Made by a program: the position numbers and the translations under genes
IMG/VR virus record: IMGVR_UViG_3300017989_005036
Span: 1 to 64,000 of that record
Direction: 5' to 3' (one strand)
Source of the DNA: a virus
Length of the DNA: 64,000 bases
Notes under the pieces: model-generated
What the model saw: the letters and a program-made list of their open reading frames with translations, nothing else
Database searches by the model: none
What the model was told of the DNA's origin: nothing
Shown here: piece after piece, positions 44,342 through 54,756 of the stretch
Position numbering within the stretch: position 1 is the stretch's first letter
Layout of the letters: each line of letters opens with the position of its first letter

Positions 44342-45658
44342 ATGAGCAAACTCTATGAAGCAGCATGGCACTTGGGAGACTTGCTGGAAAATTCCACCAG
44401 AGCTTATCTGCGGGTGGAACCTGAATTTTTGGATTATTCCATTCATAAACCCGGCAAGATCATCATTGAAGGCAAGGGCCGAGTTGAAATCGAATTGAAT
44501 CGCAATAATGTTGCTCAGGTTGCTGGCATGTTGGAAGCGACGATTTTTGACAAAGAACAGCTTCCGGTTTTGTTGTGTTACAACATCAAACCACTTTTTA
44601 GTTATTTTCGTTTTTATCTCCAAAGAGAGATTATCCCGTCCACGGCTATCGTAGACCTCAATGTCATCGAAAGCTTCCTGAACCTTAATAAAAAACGGCC
44701 AGAAAATTTAGTAGAAGCGATAAATAGATCAGAGGTGGCATCCAAATACAAAAGTTGGATCAATGTGTACAAACAAGTTCATCTCCCCTTCATTTTACGG
44801 GTCATGCCGTCCATTGAAACGAACCCGTTGCTCGATACGGCAGACAAAACACCAAGATACCCATACTATGAAATTGAAGGGCAAGTCAGTGGTCGTTTGA
44901 ATTGTCTCAAGAAATTCAACAAAGGTTATTTGCCACACAATCTAAGTCTTGAACAAAAACAAAAATTGAAACCCAGAGGAGATGCGAGAATATTTTTCTC
45001 AGCAGACTACCGTCACTGTGAGGTTACAGTTCTTCAATGGTTGTCTAAGGACGAAGTCCTGAAAGGAATCATAGAATCAGGTGAAGATTTACACTCTGAA
45101 ATTTTTCGGATCATTTTAGGGGAAAAATGCGATACTCCTAAGAAAAGAAAAATATCCAAGAGAATGTTTCTTCCAGTCATGTATGGATTGGGAGGAAAAG
45201 GTTTGTCCAAGATGCTGGAAGTCTCAGAAGAAGTGGGATTCGAGATAGTAGACAGAATACATCGAAAATTTGTTACTGCATCAAGGTGGATGCAGGCCCA
45301 ACAGGATAAAGCCAAAGAAAAAGGCATGACCATTGACTGTTTGGGAAGACCCCGTAAGTATGCGGAAAATGAATGGTACAAAGCACGCAACCATGCAGTC
45401 CAAGGTCCAGCCGCCTCAGTTTGTGCTGAGAAAGCAATTCAACTACATAATGATCTTATCCCTACTGGGGGTAGAATTTGTTATACAGTTCATGATGGAT
45501 ATGCTTTAACATGTCCTGTTCAAGAAGCAAAAACAATGCCTGAGATCATTTGTGGGGCTTTGGAGTCCGAGTCTAAATTATGTCCGGGCTTGAACATGGG
45601 AGTGGAAATATGTTATGGTAAGAGCCTTGACCAAATGAAGGTCTTGAAGGGAGGGTAA
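44342..45658 (+). CDS. family A DNA polymerase
   Basis: SGRL, motif A SADYRHCEV, motif B RKISK..YG, NHAVQG, motif C VHDG. Confidence 0.9.
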   Translation: MSKLYEAAWHLGDLLENSTRAYLRVEPEFLDYSIHKPGKIIIEGKGRVEIELNRNNVAQVAGMLEATIFDKEQLPVLLCYNIKPLFSYFRFYLQREIIPSTAIVDLNVIESFLNLNKKRPENLVEAINRSEVASKYKSWINVYKQVHLPFILRVMPSIETNPLLDTADKTPRYPYYEIEGQVSGRLNCLKKFNKGYLPHNLSLEQKQKLKPRGDARIFFSADYRHCEVTVLQWLSKDEVLKGIIESGEDLHSEIFRIILGEKCDTPKKRKISKRMFLPVMYGLGGKGLSKMLEVSEEVGFEIVDRIHRKFVTASRWMQAQQDKAKEKGMTIDCLGRPRKYAENEWYKARNHAVQGPAASVCAEKAIQLHNDLIPTGGRICYTVHDGYALTCPVQEAKTMPEIICGALESESKLCPGLNMGVEICYGKSLDQMKVLKGG

Positions 45659-46215
45659 TGAAATCGATACAAAAATCGTTTCCAGTAACAGAGGAAGAGT
45701 ACGAACTGTTACATAAAAAGTTTGGTAAATATTGTTACTACATTGCTTGGCAACTGAAGAGAAATAATACCAAGAATAATTCTACGGATGACTTTGACGA
45801 CATAACGCAGCAACTTCAAATTGCGTTGATCAGAGCAGCTTCATACTACAAGCGGCAGTGTTACATAGAAGCCAGCCTTGAAAGCTTAAAACCAAGAATC
45901 AAAGATGAGTTCAACAAAAAGATTCTTCAATCACTTGAGAAACTTTGGAACAATCGAACTCGTCATGGAGCAAACCGGCAGAAATTTGGTGAGTTTCAGG
46001 AAATGATTTTGGATGGTCTTCTTAAGAAGTACGTTCCTAAAAAGTTTCGACCTGATAAAGAAGCTCAGTTGGTAATGGACTCTAAGTTTGCGACCTATTG
46101 CAAGCAGATTGCTTGGAATGAGCAGCGGTCGATGGGCAAGAAAATTACCAGAGAGAAATCTTGGAGAACTGGTCTCGTTTCGTTATCAGAATTTGACTAT
46201 TTAGGGTCTCATTAA
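45658..46215 (+). CDS. sigma factor-like protein (region 2 only, gp55-like)
   Basis: DDITQQLQIALIRAA and FATYCKQIAWN resemble sigma regions 2.2 and 2.3; no region 4. Confidence 0.6.
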   Translation: MKSIQKSFPVTEEEYELLHKKFGKYCYYIAWQLKRNNTKNNSTDDFDDITQQLQIALIRAASYYKRQCYIEASLESLKPRIKDEFNKKILQSLEKLWNNRTRHGANRQKFGEFQEMILDGLLKKYVPKKFRPDKEAQLVMDSKFATYCKQIAWNEQRSMGKKITREKSWRTGLVSLSEFDYLGSH

Positions 46216-46247
46216 TTTAGCAACAATTGAACTGTTGAAAGACATTT

Positions 46248-46278
46248 AACCCGATCATTTTTGTGATCGGGTTTTTTG
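46248..46278 (+). terminator. intrinsic terminator
   Basis: AACCCGATCA/TGATCGGGTT plus a T run. Confidence 0.85.
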
Positions 46279-46360
46279 TTTGAAAAATTGAGTAGAGGTG
46301 TCATAGAATTTCTGTTATGCTTCTATGATGTAAGAATTGATGTTAGATTGAGGAGGTGTT

Positions 46361-47905
46361 ATGACAGACCAAGCACACATTGAAGACTTAGTGGACCCTG
46401 ATGCAGAGGGAGATGCTCGCTATTCTTGGGATGAAGATTTTCAAAGACATATTATTTCTATGCTGCTTTCAGATAAGCAGTTTTTGTTGCAGGGCATGAA
46501 CCTTGTTAAGCCTTCGTATTTTACAAATAAAGCACATTCAAAAGTTTGTGAGATCCTCTTCTCATATTTCGAGAAGCATAAAGGTCAGCCAACTCGTATT
46601 ATCCTCACTCAGGAATTGAAAGATGATTTCAAAGGCAATAAAGCGTTGCCATATTATCTTGGCGAATTAAATGCTGTTTATGATTATTACCAACCCGGTC
46701 TTGATGCCAGAGATTACCTAACTGACAAGATCGCTTACTTTGCAAAAATTCAAGCTCTAAAATCGGCTTTTAAAAAGTCGATGGATGAAATTAATGCTAA
46801 TCCCGAACAGGCTGAAACTTGGGATAAGGTTTACGAGATGTTGCAGAAAGCAATGATCGTAGACAGGACATTTGAAATTGGTACAAGCTATTTAAAAGAA
46901 GCTCGTGATCGATATGATCGAATGGCAGAAGTAGAAGATACAGGCGATGTTTTTCCTATTGGTCTCCACAGTGTGGATTCCAGTCTCAAAGGAAACGGAT
47001 TCCGAAGAGGGCAATCTATTGGAGTCATGGCTGACTCTGGTGTTGGTAAGTCGGTTATGCTGGCCTGTATTGGTGCTTATAATGCCTTACGTGGTCATAA
47101 AGTTCTTTATTTGTCATGTGAAAACTATGAGGATGAAATTGCTGAAAGACTGGACTCTATTCTCACAGGGGCTCCTATTCGGTCTCTTTGGGATCACCGA
47201 GAAGATGTATTTGAAAAGCTCGAAGGTAAAGTTTCAGTAGGGCAAAGAGATGATGGTGAGCCTGTTTATTTTAATCCTGAAGAAGATTTGATTATCATTA
47301 AGAAATTTGCACAGAAAACAGCAACTCCAAATACAATATTAGCTTATTTAACTCAGTTGAAATATAGGGGTTGGACGCCAGACGTAGTTATTTTAGACTA
47401 TATTGGTGAAATGAAAGACTATCCTAACATGAAAACCTATGAAAGTCGTGAGCGTATGGCTGGCGAACTTCAAGGTCTTGCCGATGAGTGGAAGTTCTTT
47501 TTAGCAACAGCCGTTCAGCCAAACAGATCAGGCAAAGAAGCTCAAGAGAGTGGTCACCTGTCTCAGGCTCATATGGCAGATGCTTTTGGTCAAATGCGGC
47601 CATTGTATTGTTGTATTACATTGAACCAAAATGACAGAGAGTCGGCTGTATTTTGTGGTCGTGGATGGGTTGAAAAACAAAGAAACGGTCCCAAACATTA
47701 TCAGTTCTATTTGGACTTTAACCCTAAGACTTTGAAAATCACTGAAATATCGAAAGAGACATATCGAGATCGAATGCAGGGTCAACAAAGCCAAGTAGTT
47801 AGTGAAGTTGAGACAGATACGATTAAGTCAATTGAGAGTAGTGTCGAAGATGCTGCTGTAGATAATGCAAAGAAAAATTTTCAACCACCTGATGAAGAGG
47901 AATAA
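46361..47905 (+). CDS. DnaB/gp41-like replicative helicase
   Basis: ADSGVGKS, YLSCE, ILDY, TAVQPNR, KQRNG. Confidence 0.92.
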   Translation: MTDQAHIEDLVDPDAEGDARYSWDEDFQRHIISMLLSDKQFLLQGMNLVKPSYFTNKAHSKVCEILFSYFEKHKGQPTRIILTQELKDDFKGNKALPYYLGELNAVYDYYQPGLDARDYLTDKIAYFAKIQALKSAFKKSMDEINANPEQAETWDKVYEMLQKAMIVDRTFEIGTSYLKEARDRYDRMAEVEDTGDVFPIGLHSVDSSLKGNGFRRGQSIGVMADSGVGKSVMLACIGAYNALRGHKVLYLSCENYEDEIAERLDSILTGAPIRSLWDHREDVFEKLEGKVSVGQRDDGEPVYFNPEEDLIIIKKFAQKTATPNTILAYLTQLKYRGWTPDVVILDYIGEMKDYPNMKTYESRERMAGELQGLADEWKFFLATAVQPNRSGKEAQESGHLSQAHMADAFGQMRPLYCCITLNQNDRESAVFCGRGWVEKQRNGPKHYQFYLDFNPKTLKITEISKETYRDRMQGQQSQVVSEVETDTIKSIESSVEDAAVDNAKKNFQPPDEEE

Positions 47906-47915
47906 GAGGAATAAG

Positions 47916-48173
47916 ATGAGTAATATGATAAAAAGAAGATTAGTTACATTACGTGTTATGATTGATTCGCTCATTATGTTAACGGCTTTGTATTCATTTT
48001 CACAAAATGCAGTAATGAAGGATGGAGTATTGAAAGGTTGCTTCATGCTTCTGTTCATAATTGCCAGTCATAGCTGCACTGATCACTTCGGCAAATATTT
48101 ACCACCCAAAGAAGATAAACAAGGGATAGGTAAGTTGGATAAAAACACATTGGGGATAAAAAATGATCGATAA
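47916..48173 (+). CDS. small membrane protein
   Basis: hydrophobic; GAGGA RBS. Confidence 0.5.
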   Translation: MSNMIKRRLVTLRVMIDSLIMLTALYSFSQNAVMKDGVLKGCFMLLFIIASHSCTDHFGKYLPPKEDKQGIGKLDKNTLGIKNDR

Positions 48174-48732
48174 AGAAACAATCAAAATCGCTGATCGAGA
48201 AGTAACGATTGATCCAACAATTCTGAAATTTGATGAGTCAACTCTCACGAATTATATTCAAACAGAAGGTGGGTATTATGACAATTACGGAGCGTATTTG
48301 GCATTGGCAGAGAAAGCGTTACATTTATGTGAGATGCAATACGACCAGATTTACACTGAGCGATTTGCTGAAGCAAAAGACAATGGCGGAAGCGACAAAT
48401 TGGCTGAAGCAAAAGCTAAATCTGATCCCGAAGTAGTCAATGCTCGGGAATATGTCATTGAAGCAAAATACAAAGTAAAGAGACTTCAGCAGCACTTGAG
48501 AGCATGGGACAAAAACCATGATAACGCTCAAAGTCTTGGCCATATGATTCGAAAAGAGATGGATAAATTAAACGCTGATATTATGGGTCGTGCCAGCGGT
48601 CTTGATATTGAAAGGTTTAAAGAAGAACGTCGTTTGGAGCAAGGTGTTGCTCCAATTGAGGAACAAATCGAGGAATCTAAAGGTATTGAAGATGGTCTCG
48701 ATATGGACGATCTTCGGTCTTTGGTGGGTTAA
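48163..48732 (+). CDS. UvsY-like recombination mediator (tentative)
   Basis: helical coiled-coil pattern within the replication module. Confidence 0.55.
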   Translation: MIDKETIKIADREVTIDPTILKFDESTLTNYIQTEGGYYDNYGAYLALAEKALHLCEMQYDQIYTERFAEAKDNGGSDKLAEAKAKSDPEVVNAREYVIEAKYKVKRLQQHLRAWDKNHDNAQSLGHMIRKEMDKLNADIMGRASGLDIERFKEERRLEQGVAPIEEQIEESKGIEDGLDMDDLRSLVG

Positions 48733-49032
48733 ATGGACATTGGCGGAATTGACATTTGGTTCAATTATGCAGATCACAAGAAGTTCATAACAGCAGCTTA
48801 TGAAGCATCACGTGAGATTTGGCCTAAATTGTTTCTTGAACACATGGATGCTTCAGAAGTTTTTATCTTCAAAGACAGGACTTCTTTTGAAGCTTGGGGC
48901 TCAGGGCCTTATGAGGATTTTCATAATACGATGATTCACGTTGTTTGCAATAAGGGTTGTACTGTTGTTGTGGATGACAAAGATCACCCAGATAATCAGC
49001 ATGTTCTCACCGCTTTGGAAACTTTGTTGTGA
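48733..49032 (+). CDS. hypothetical protein
   Basis: ORF track. Confidence 0.6.
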   Translation: MDIGGIDIWFNYADHKKFITAAYEASREIWPKLFLEHMDASEVFIFKDRTSFEAWGSGPYEDFHNTMIHVVCNKGCTVVVDDKDHPDNQHVLTALETLL

Positions 49033-49068
49033 TGATTTTGGCAGTTTGCTTCACTACAATACAAAGTT

Positions 49069-49590
49069 ATGAAGTTTAGTGAATTCATTCAGGAAAACAT
49101 CTTTGATGACGATTTTGACATTAGTCAATGGCGTGAAAAAATAAAACGTCGAGGGAAAGAAGTTCAAAGAAAAAGAATCACACAACCTGATGTATTGGTC
49201 GTTTATCATGGTTTCAATGTAGACCCTGCGAGTATTGATTACACTTTTGACCCAAGTAAATCAGAGCAAGGATTATTGTGGTTCACACACAAATACGTTC
49301 GAGGTCATGATTATCGAGATTACGCAAAAGGGAAAGGTGGATATGTTCTCCAATACCCATTGCAAATTCAAAGGCACACTGATATTGTGACCTATGAAAA
49401 TGGTTCGCAGGAAAATAAAATTCCAGAAGATCTTTTTAATCAAATTGATTCAACTTCTAATGGAAGATTCATGGGTGATTTTGACAATGTCATGGAATTG
49501 CCCCAAGGTTGGTTTTTCACGTACAAATATGAAAAATTCATTGGAACAAATCAGGTTTTAAAGGTTAAACCAGAACAAATCACTTCATAG
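49069..49590 (+). CDS. ADP-ribosyltransferase-like (ART-PolyVal-like) protein with an MKFSEF N-terminus
   Basis: LVVYHG..FD..GLLWFT..YA..G.V pattern. Confidence 0.55.
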   Translation: MKFSEFIQENIFDDDFDISQWREKIKRRGKEVQRKRITQPDVLVVYHGFNVDPASIDYTFDPSKSEQGLLWFTHKYVRGHDYRDYAKGKGGYVLQYPLQIQRHTDIVTYENGSQENKIPEDLFNQIDSTSNGRFMGDFDNVMELPQGWFFTYKYEKFIGTNQVLKVKPEQITS

Positions 49591-49610
49591 TTTTTTGCAA
49601 GGAAGCAAAA

Positions 49611-50192
49611 ATGATCGACCCGGTTAGGTTCACTAATTACAATTTGGATGATCAAGGTTTACAGGAATACATACTTTTCGCCATTTCGGCAGCAGGAAAA
49701 AACGCAACAACGGCAGCCAGAATCTTAGATGAATTTTTAAATCATGCCAAAGAGACAACAGGTGGAAAAGATCATTTTGATTGCGTGCTAAAAATTGCCA
49801 AAGATAAATCATTGCCATCTGTTTTAAAAAGCTTTGGGTTTGGTTGTTTTAATTTGAAGGGCCAAGGATTTCTTGAGATTGCCCAAAGTGGGTTGGATTT
49901 AAAAAGTTGTTCTGTTGTTGATCTTGAAAAGATCAAAGGCATTGGAATGAAAACCAGCAGGTTTTTTGTGATGCATACACGACGCAACGCAGGTGTAGCT
50001 TGTCTTGATGTTCATATTCTTCGTTGGATGAAGAAACGAGGCTTTAAGAACATTCCCCAGCAGACACCAACAGGTAAGCGTTATTTGGAAATCGAGAAGA
50101 AGTTTTTGGATGTAGCGAAACGTCTCAATAAAGAAGTTGCAACTTTAGATTTGGCAATTTGGAATGATGAACGAGGAAGTTTTGATTCTTAA
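49611..50192 (+). CDS. HhH-GPD DNA glycosylase (8-oxoguanine glycosylase-like)
   Basis: IKGIGMKTSRFF, LDVHILRW, LDLAIW. Confidence 0.85.
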   Translation: MIDPVRFTNYNLDDQGLQEYILFAISAAGKNATTAARILDEFLNHAKETTGGKDHFDCVLKIAKDKSLPSVLKSFGFGCFNLKGQGFLEIAQSGLDLKSCSVVDLEKIKGIGMKTSRFFVMHTRRNAGVACLDVHILRWMKKRGFKNIPQQTPTGKRYLEIEKKFLDVAKRLNKEVATLDLAIWNDERGSFDS

Positions 50193-52933
50193 TCTTCGTC
50201 GTCAATGATGTGATAATCACTCCTAGGTCTTGTGTGACCTACATACCAAGCATTATCTTCCTGATCTAAGTCAGCCGGAAGTTTTGCTTTTGGATGAGGG
50301 TATAAACTTGGGGTGATTTCAAAGACTCTGTCAAACTCTAATCCTTTAGATTTGTGAGCAGTTGTTAGAATAACTGGATTAAGTTTTCTGAGTTTTTCTT
50401 TGTATTCCATTTTTTCTTTCTTGCTCTTGAATTTTTCTTTCATTCCACCAAGTCTTTGTCTTAGCCAATCTTTAAGTTCTTTGACTGTGATATCGTGTTT
50501 GTCTTTGTTTTCGATATCTCCGATCATATCGATGGCTGATGAAATAGCTTTGTGACCTTCGATCATGTCTTTAAGGTCGCCTTGTTTTTTGACTTGATTA
50601 CCCCATTTATTTCTTTTCTCATCAACAAAATCATTCATGATGTCTTGGAAATCTGCAATGTTGATGTCTTCCCAAACACCTTTTTGCCAGTTCAATACAC
50701 GATTTATCAAATTGATGACTTCGTTAGACAAATCCCATCCCATGATTTCAAATGGGATGCCTGCTTTCATAAGTTCCATTGCAGTTTTTGCTAATGGTTC
50801 GTTGGTACGTGCCAGAACAGCAGTTTGTTTTTGAAGTTCTCCTAAGTGTTCCATTTCATTTCCCAATAAATCCATCATGCCAGAAACATCCATTTCACGA
50901 TTTGTATAGATTTCTGGGTCAAATGGATCATCTTCTAAACCAGCTTCGATGTCGTTTACAACAGTTCCTTGGTTTGCTCTGTTGATCAATCCCGGTTTTG
51001 ATCTGAAGTTTTTGGTAAGTTGTTTAGAGACAGCATTAGGATTTTCTGAATTCGATTTAAGCATATCAGCAATGTCTTGAAACGAAGTTTCTGATGCTCC
51101 ACGAAATCGATATAAAGATTGTCTTGGATCGCCTACGGCAACAATTTTAGCACCTGACTCCAAGAGCTTTTCGAGAATCTTTTTCTGAGCAATATTGAAA
51201 TCCTGAACTTCATCAGCCAATACGAAATCGTATTTCTTTGGTTTTGTCCAATCAATTTCATCAGCGTGCATAGCAGCAAACCATAGGTCATCGTCAAAGT
51301 CACGCATGCCACGTAAGTTTTGGGGAATTGGTTGATCTAATCTGGTTGGCATTCCACCATTTCTGGACTTTTCATGTGTCTGGTGAAACTCCTGATCGAT
51401 GCCATGTGGTATGGATTTTTGCATGATCCATGAAGCGACTTGAATCATTTCTTCAACAAAATCATGTCCTAGAAAATCATCTATTCCCATAACCTGAGAC
51501 AGATTATCATTATGGAAATCTTTGTTAGGGTCTTTTTCTAATTGTTCTTTTGTTTGCTCTAAGGAGCTGTTGATTTCATATTCGCCAATAACTTTTCTTA
51601 AATCTTCTTCGTATGTGTTACTGGAGGGATTTAAGTTAAATGATTTTAAAAGACCTACTATTTTTTCAACTTCTTTGTTGAATTCTCTCCATATTTTCTT
51701 GACCCATTTCTTGGCATATTTTTCATCTTGAGAGCCTCCCATGTCATCAACATGAAGTATGTTGGCTCCTTTTGTTACAGCACGGTATTGTGGGCCATCC
51801 ATGATCATTCCCAGTTTGTTTCCTTTTTTAAGGTTGGGAATGTAATCATAAATCCTTTCTGTAGGATTAATGTTATTTGCATCTAAGACTTTGCCAGCAT
51901 AGCTGTGCGTGGTCATAATGTCAGACTTCATGAATTCCGGGAAAGATTCACGTGCTTCTTCTCCATTTTTTGTTCCAAAGACGAGGTAGATCCAATTTTG
52001 TCTTTTTCCTCCGAATTCCTGAGCTAAGTGTTTCAACATTGTTGTTTTGCCGGTTCCAGCTCTAGCCCCAATCATCATGTGAGAATCTTCGCCATTGTGG
52101 ATTCTTTCAAACTGATCATGGATTTCTTGTTGCTGAGCGGTTAATTCAAAATTCTTGGACTCTTCTTTGGGGTGATAAAGGTCAATTCCTTCACTTGGTT
52201 TTTTGGCTCTTTGTAAAGAGCCATCAGCTTCTTCACGAGTAAAGATTCTTCCAACTTCTGATGTTGGAACTTCTCCAAAATTATGTATTTTTCCTTTGTA
52301 ATATGATGCAAAGATCCAACTGTTATTGGTTGGATGTTTTTTCAACATCGCCAATTGATCTTTTCTCAGTTTTAATTCTTCATTGTCTACTTGAGATTTT
52401 GCCAATATCCAAGGTTGTTCTTGTTGTTGTGGCTGTTGTTGGCTAATCCCTTGTTGTGGTCGCTGTTGCTGTGGAATTTGAGGTTTATCTGGCTGTCCAA
52501 CCATTGAGTCAGGAATGATGTCCTTGGTTTCAGGATGCCACCAGCCTGATTGTCCTGCATATGGTCCGAATTGAATATTGCCTAATCTTCTGTAGCCTTT
52601 TTGAGAAGGATCTTCTGATAACAAAAAGTACGAAGTGTCATTTTTCATCCATTCACGAAAAGACAATGTTTTTTGAACCATTTTTTTAGGTTCAACTGGT
52701 CCTGTGACTGGTTTACTCATTTTTACTTTTCTTCTTTTTTCGGCATGATCTTTGATGTCATTCAATACTTTTCCGGGTCTCCACTGAGACATACGTTGCC
52801 ATCTTTCGAAGTTTACAGGATCAACTTCAAATCGGTAGTTTTTACCTTTTATGTTTACGCCGACAGTTCCATTGCCAAAACCATCATTTGACCAAAGAGT
52901 AAATACAATGTTATTATTAGCTTCAACCCACAT
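50189..52933 (-). CDS. UvrD/Rep SF1 helicase with an N-terminal extension
   Basis: ARAGTGKT, DEVQD, VGDPRQSLYRFRGA, NFRS, LARTN, TAHKSKGLEF. Confidence 0.92.
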   Translation of the reverse strand: MWVEANNNIVFTLWSNDGFGNGTVGVNIKGKNYRFEVDPVNFERWQRMSQWRPGKVLNDIKDHAEKRRKVKMSKPVTGPVEPKKMVQKTLSFREWMKNDTSYFLLSEDPSQKGYRRLGNIQFGPYAGQSGWWHPETKDIIPDSMVGQPDKPQIPQQQRPQQGISQQQPQQQEQPWILAKSQVDNEELKLRKDQLAMLKKHPTNNSWIFASYYKGKIHNFGEVPTSEVGRIFTREEADGSLQRAKKPSEGIDLYHPKEESKNFELTAQQQEIHDQFERIHNGEDSHMMIGARAGTGKTTMLKHLAQEFGGKRQNWIYLVFGTKNGEEARESFPEFMKSDIMTTHSYAGKVLDANNINPTERIYDYIPNLKKGNKLGMIMDGPQYRAVTKGANILHVDDMGGSQDEKYAKKWVKKIWREFNKEVEKIVGLLKSFNLNPSSNTYEEDLRKVIGEYEINSSLEQTKEQLEKDPNKDFHNDNLSQVMGIDDFLGHDFVEEMIQVASWIMQKSIPHGIDQEFHQTHEKSRNGGMPTRLDQPIPQNLRGMRDFDDDLWFAAMHADEIDWTKPKKYDFVLADEVQDFNIAQKKILEKLLESGAKIVAVGDPRQSLYRFRGASETSFQDIADMLKSNSENPNAVSKQLTKNFRSKPGLINRANQGTVVNDIEAGLEDDPFDPEIYTNREMDVSGMMDLLGNEMEHLGELQKQTAVLARTNEPLAKTAMELMKAGIPFEIMGWDLSNEVINLINRVLNWQKGVWEDINIADFQDIMNDFVDEKRNKWGNQVKKQGDLKDMIEGHKAISSAIDMIGDIENKDKHDITVKELKDWLRQRLGGMKEKFKSKKEKMEYKEKLRKLNPVILTTAHKSKGLEFDRVFEITPSLYPHPKAKLPADLDQEDNAWYVGHTRPRSDYHIIDDED

Positions 52934-53013
52934 GTTCTTATATATTAGCTGGGGGAGCAAAAGTGATTGATACTTAATTAGACTACCTAAATAGGTTGCA
53001 AAGGAGTTTGATT

Positions 53014-53430
53014 ATGAAAAACCAATGGCTTTTAAGAAACAAACAAAGAGCATCCAAGTGGATGTTTTCAGTTAGTGAAAATGCCACGTGGAAATTAAAA
53101 CCCAGAATTGTTGGGGTTCCCAATAAACCTAGTTGTCAATTTGTTCTTGGCGAACAAATGAGTGTTGTTTTCCCGGATGTTGTCAATGACATTGAACTCA
53201 TTACATTTCTGGCTGATTGCCATTTATCTTTTAACAAAAAGACAAGATTCACTGGTTATTTGAAGCTTTTGGATGCTTCGGTTCAATCGCTGGAAACATG
53301 GATGTTCACAAAAATCACACCTGTGTCTATCAATTATGCTGATCCAACCGGAATTTATAATGGTGATATTGAGTTAACTTTTCATTTTGATACGAAAGAA
53401 TATCGAGACTTTAGAGACAGTTCTTCATAG
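53014..53430 (+). CDS. hypothetical protein, possibly tail-tube-like fold
   Basis: LKLLD..ETWMF..PVSINY..IELTFHFD; TAAATA upstream. Confidence 0.5.
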   Translation: MKNQWLLRNKQRASKWMFSVSENATWKLKPRIVGVPNKPSCQFVLGEQMSVVFPDVVNDIELITFLADCHLSFNKKTRFTGYLKLLDASVQSLETWMFTKITPVSINYADPTGIYNGDIELTFHFDTKEYRDFRDSSS

Positions 53431-53434
53431 ATAA

Positions 53435-53623
53435 GATTAGTCCGTCTGGTTGTAGCGATGGATAGTTACATCTGTCCGCATGTATGTTGTATCTTGACGC
53501 TATAACGAGGTTGTTGTTTATGCGGGTTTTGGATCATTCTTAGTGAGTGACAGAACATACGATGCCTCAAAGGCAACAAAAGCCATTAGGAGCCAAAATT
53601 GTGTTGATTTTGGTTCCTTTTTT
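53435..53623 (+). ncRNA. candidate structured ncRNA with a terminator
   Basis: GTTGTAGCG/CGCTATAAC, GGATAG/CTGTCC, long-range GTATGTT/AACATAC; terminator at 53588-53623. Confidence 0.45.
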
Positions 53624-53650
53624 ATTGGCAAAAGACTATCATGTGGTATG

Positions 53651-53923
53651 ATGGTAAATCATTGGATAAAAACCCGATCAAAAAGAGAGCAGCTAAAAGT
53701 TGGCGATTGGGTTTATTGGAAAAGAGAAATCTTTACAGACACTGAATGGACCACCATACTTCTTCAATATGGTGTTGAGCCAATGCGTGTTGTGCAATTC
53801 TATTATGACACTAATTTTAGACAAGTTAGATTAGAAGTCATTGATTGTAACGGAAATAGCATTATAGGCGTTCGTGCAGATCGTCTTAGGAAAGTAGATA
53901 AGGATTTTGAGGCAAGGCTATGA
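53651..53923 (+). CDS. hypothetical protein
   Basis: ORF track; start moved past the terminator. Confidence 0.55.
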   Translation: MVNHWIKTRSKREQLKVGDWVYWKREIFTDTEWTTILLQYGVEPMRVVQFYYDTNFRQVRLEVIDCNGNSIIGVRADRLRKVDKDFEARL

Positions 53924-54579
53924 TTGAGGAAATTGATCCTTTTGAACGATTTATTTACAAGATAGCAAATGAGCCTCTGAGGACATATCCATACCCACAT
54001 TTGATAGTACCATATTCAATTGAAGGTCCAGAGTATTATCGCATGATGGGTGACCTGCCTGAAAAATTTGGTGTTCGTCGAGATGAAGTTTATGGAACAT
54101 CAATAGCAGAAGAGTTGCCTGACAGGTGGCAACGTTGGTTGGATTTTTTGGAGTCTGATCGTGTGGCGAATTTGTTTTTGAAAAAGTTTGGTTTGTTGTT
54201 AGATAGCCATTCAACAAGATTTCGATTCCATAGGGATCGGCCCGGATATGAGGTTTCGCCTCATTTAGATGTTTCTACAAAAGCAATCAGTATTTTGATT
54301 TATCTTCCCAAGGGAGGTGAACCTGATAGGAAAAAATGGGGAACTTCTATTTGCACGCCTAAATGTAACAAAGAATTTGACAGAGGTCACCATAATTGGA
54401 GTGATTTCAATGTTGTTGAAAGGGTTCCTTTTGAACCGTCTATGTTGTTTGCTTTTGCTCCCGGTGAAGATACTTATCACGGAATTAAGGTTAAAGGTGG
54501 GATATTGGCACCTGATCGTATGGCTTTGAAAGGTTTTATTTTCAGGGAAACAAAGGATCAAAATCCTATTCTAATGTGA
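53920..54579 (+). CDS. 2OG-Fe(II) oxygenase
   Basis: PYPHL, HLD, LIYL, TYHG, distal Arg. Confidence 0.85.
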   Translation: MIEEIDPFERFIYKIANEPLRTYPYPHLIVPYSIEGPEYYRMMGDLPEKFGVRRDEVYGTSIAEELPDRWQRWLDFLESDRVANLFLKKFGLLLDSHSTRFRFHRDRPGYEVSPHLDVSTKAISILIYLPKGGEPDRKKWGTSICTPKCNKEFDRGHHNWSDFNVVERVPFEPSMLFAFAPGEDTYHGIKVKGGILAPDRMALKGFIFRETKDQNPILM

Positions 54580-54756
54580 GAATTTGTTTGAAAGTACTAT
54601 TTTATGAAGACAAGATGGTGTGTAAATGCGGCTAACATAGGGACATGGAATGTTCCTCAACACCATGAGGAGTGTTCGATTTTTCGGGCACTCCTTTATT
54701 TTTTGCCTTAAACTAATAACTATGATTAAGGTAATAGAATTTTTAGGGGGTAAAAG

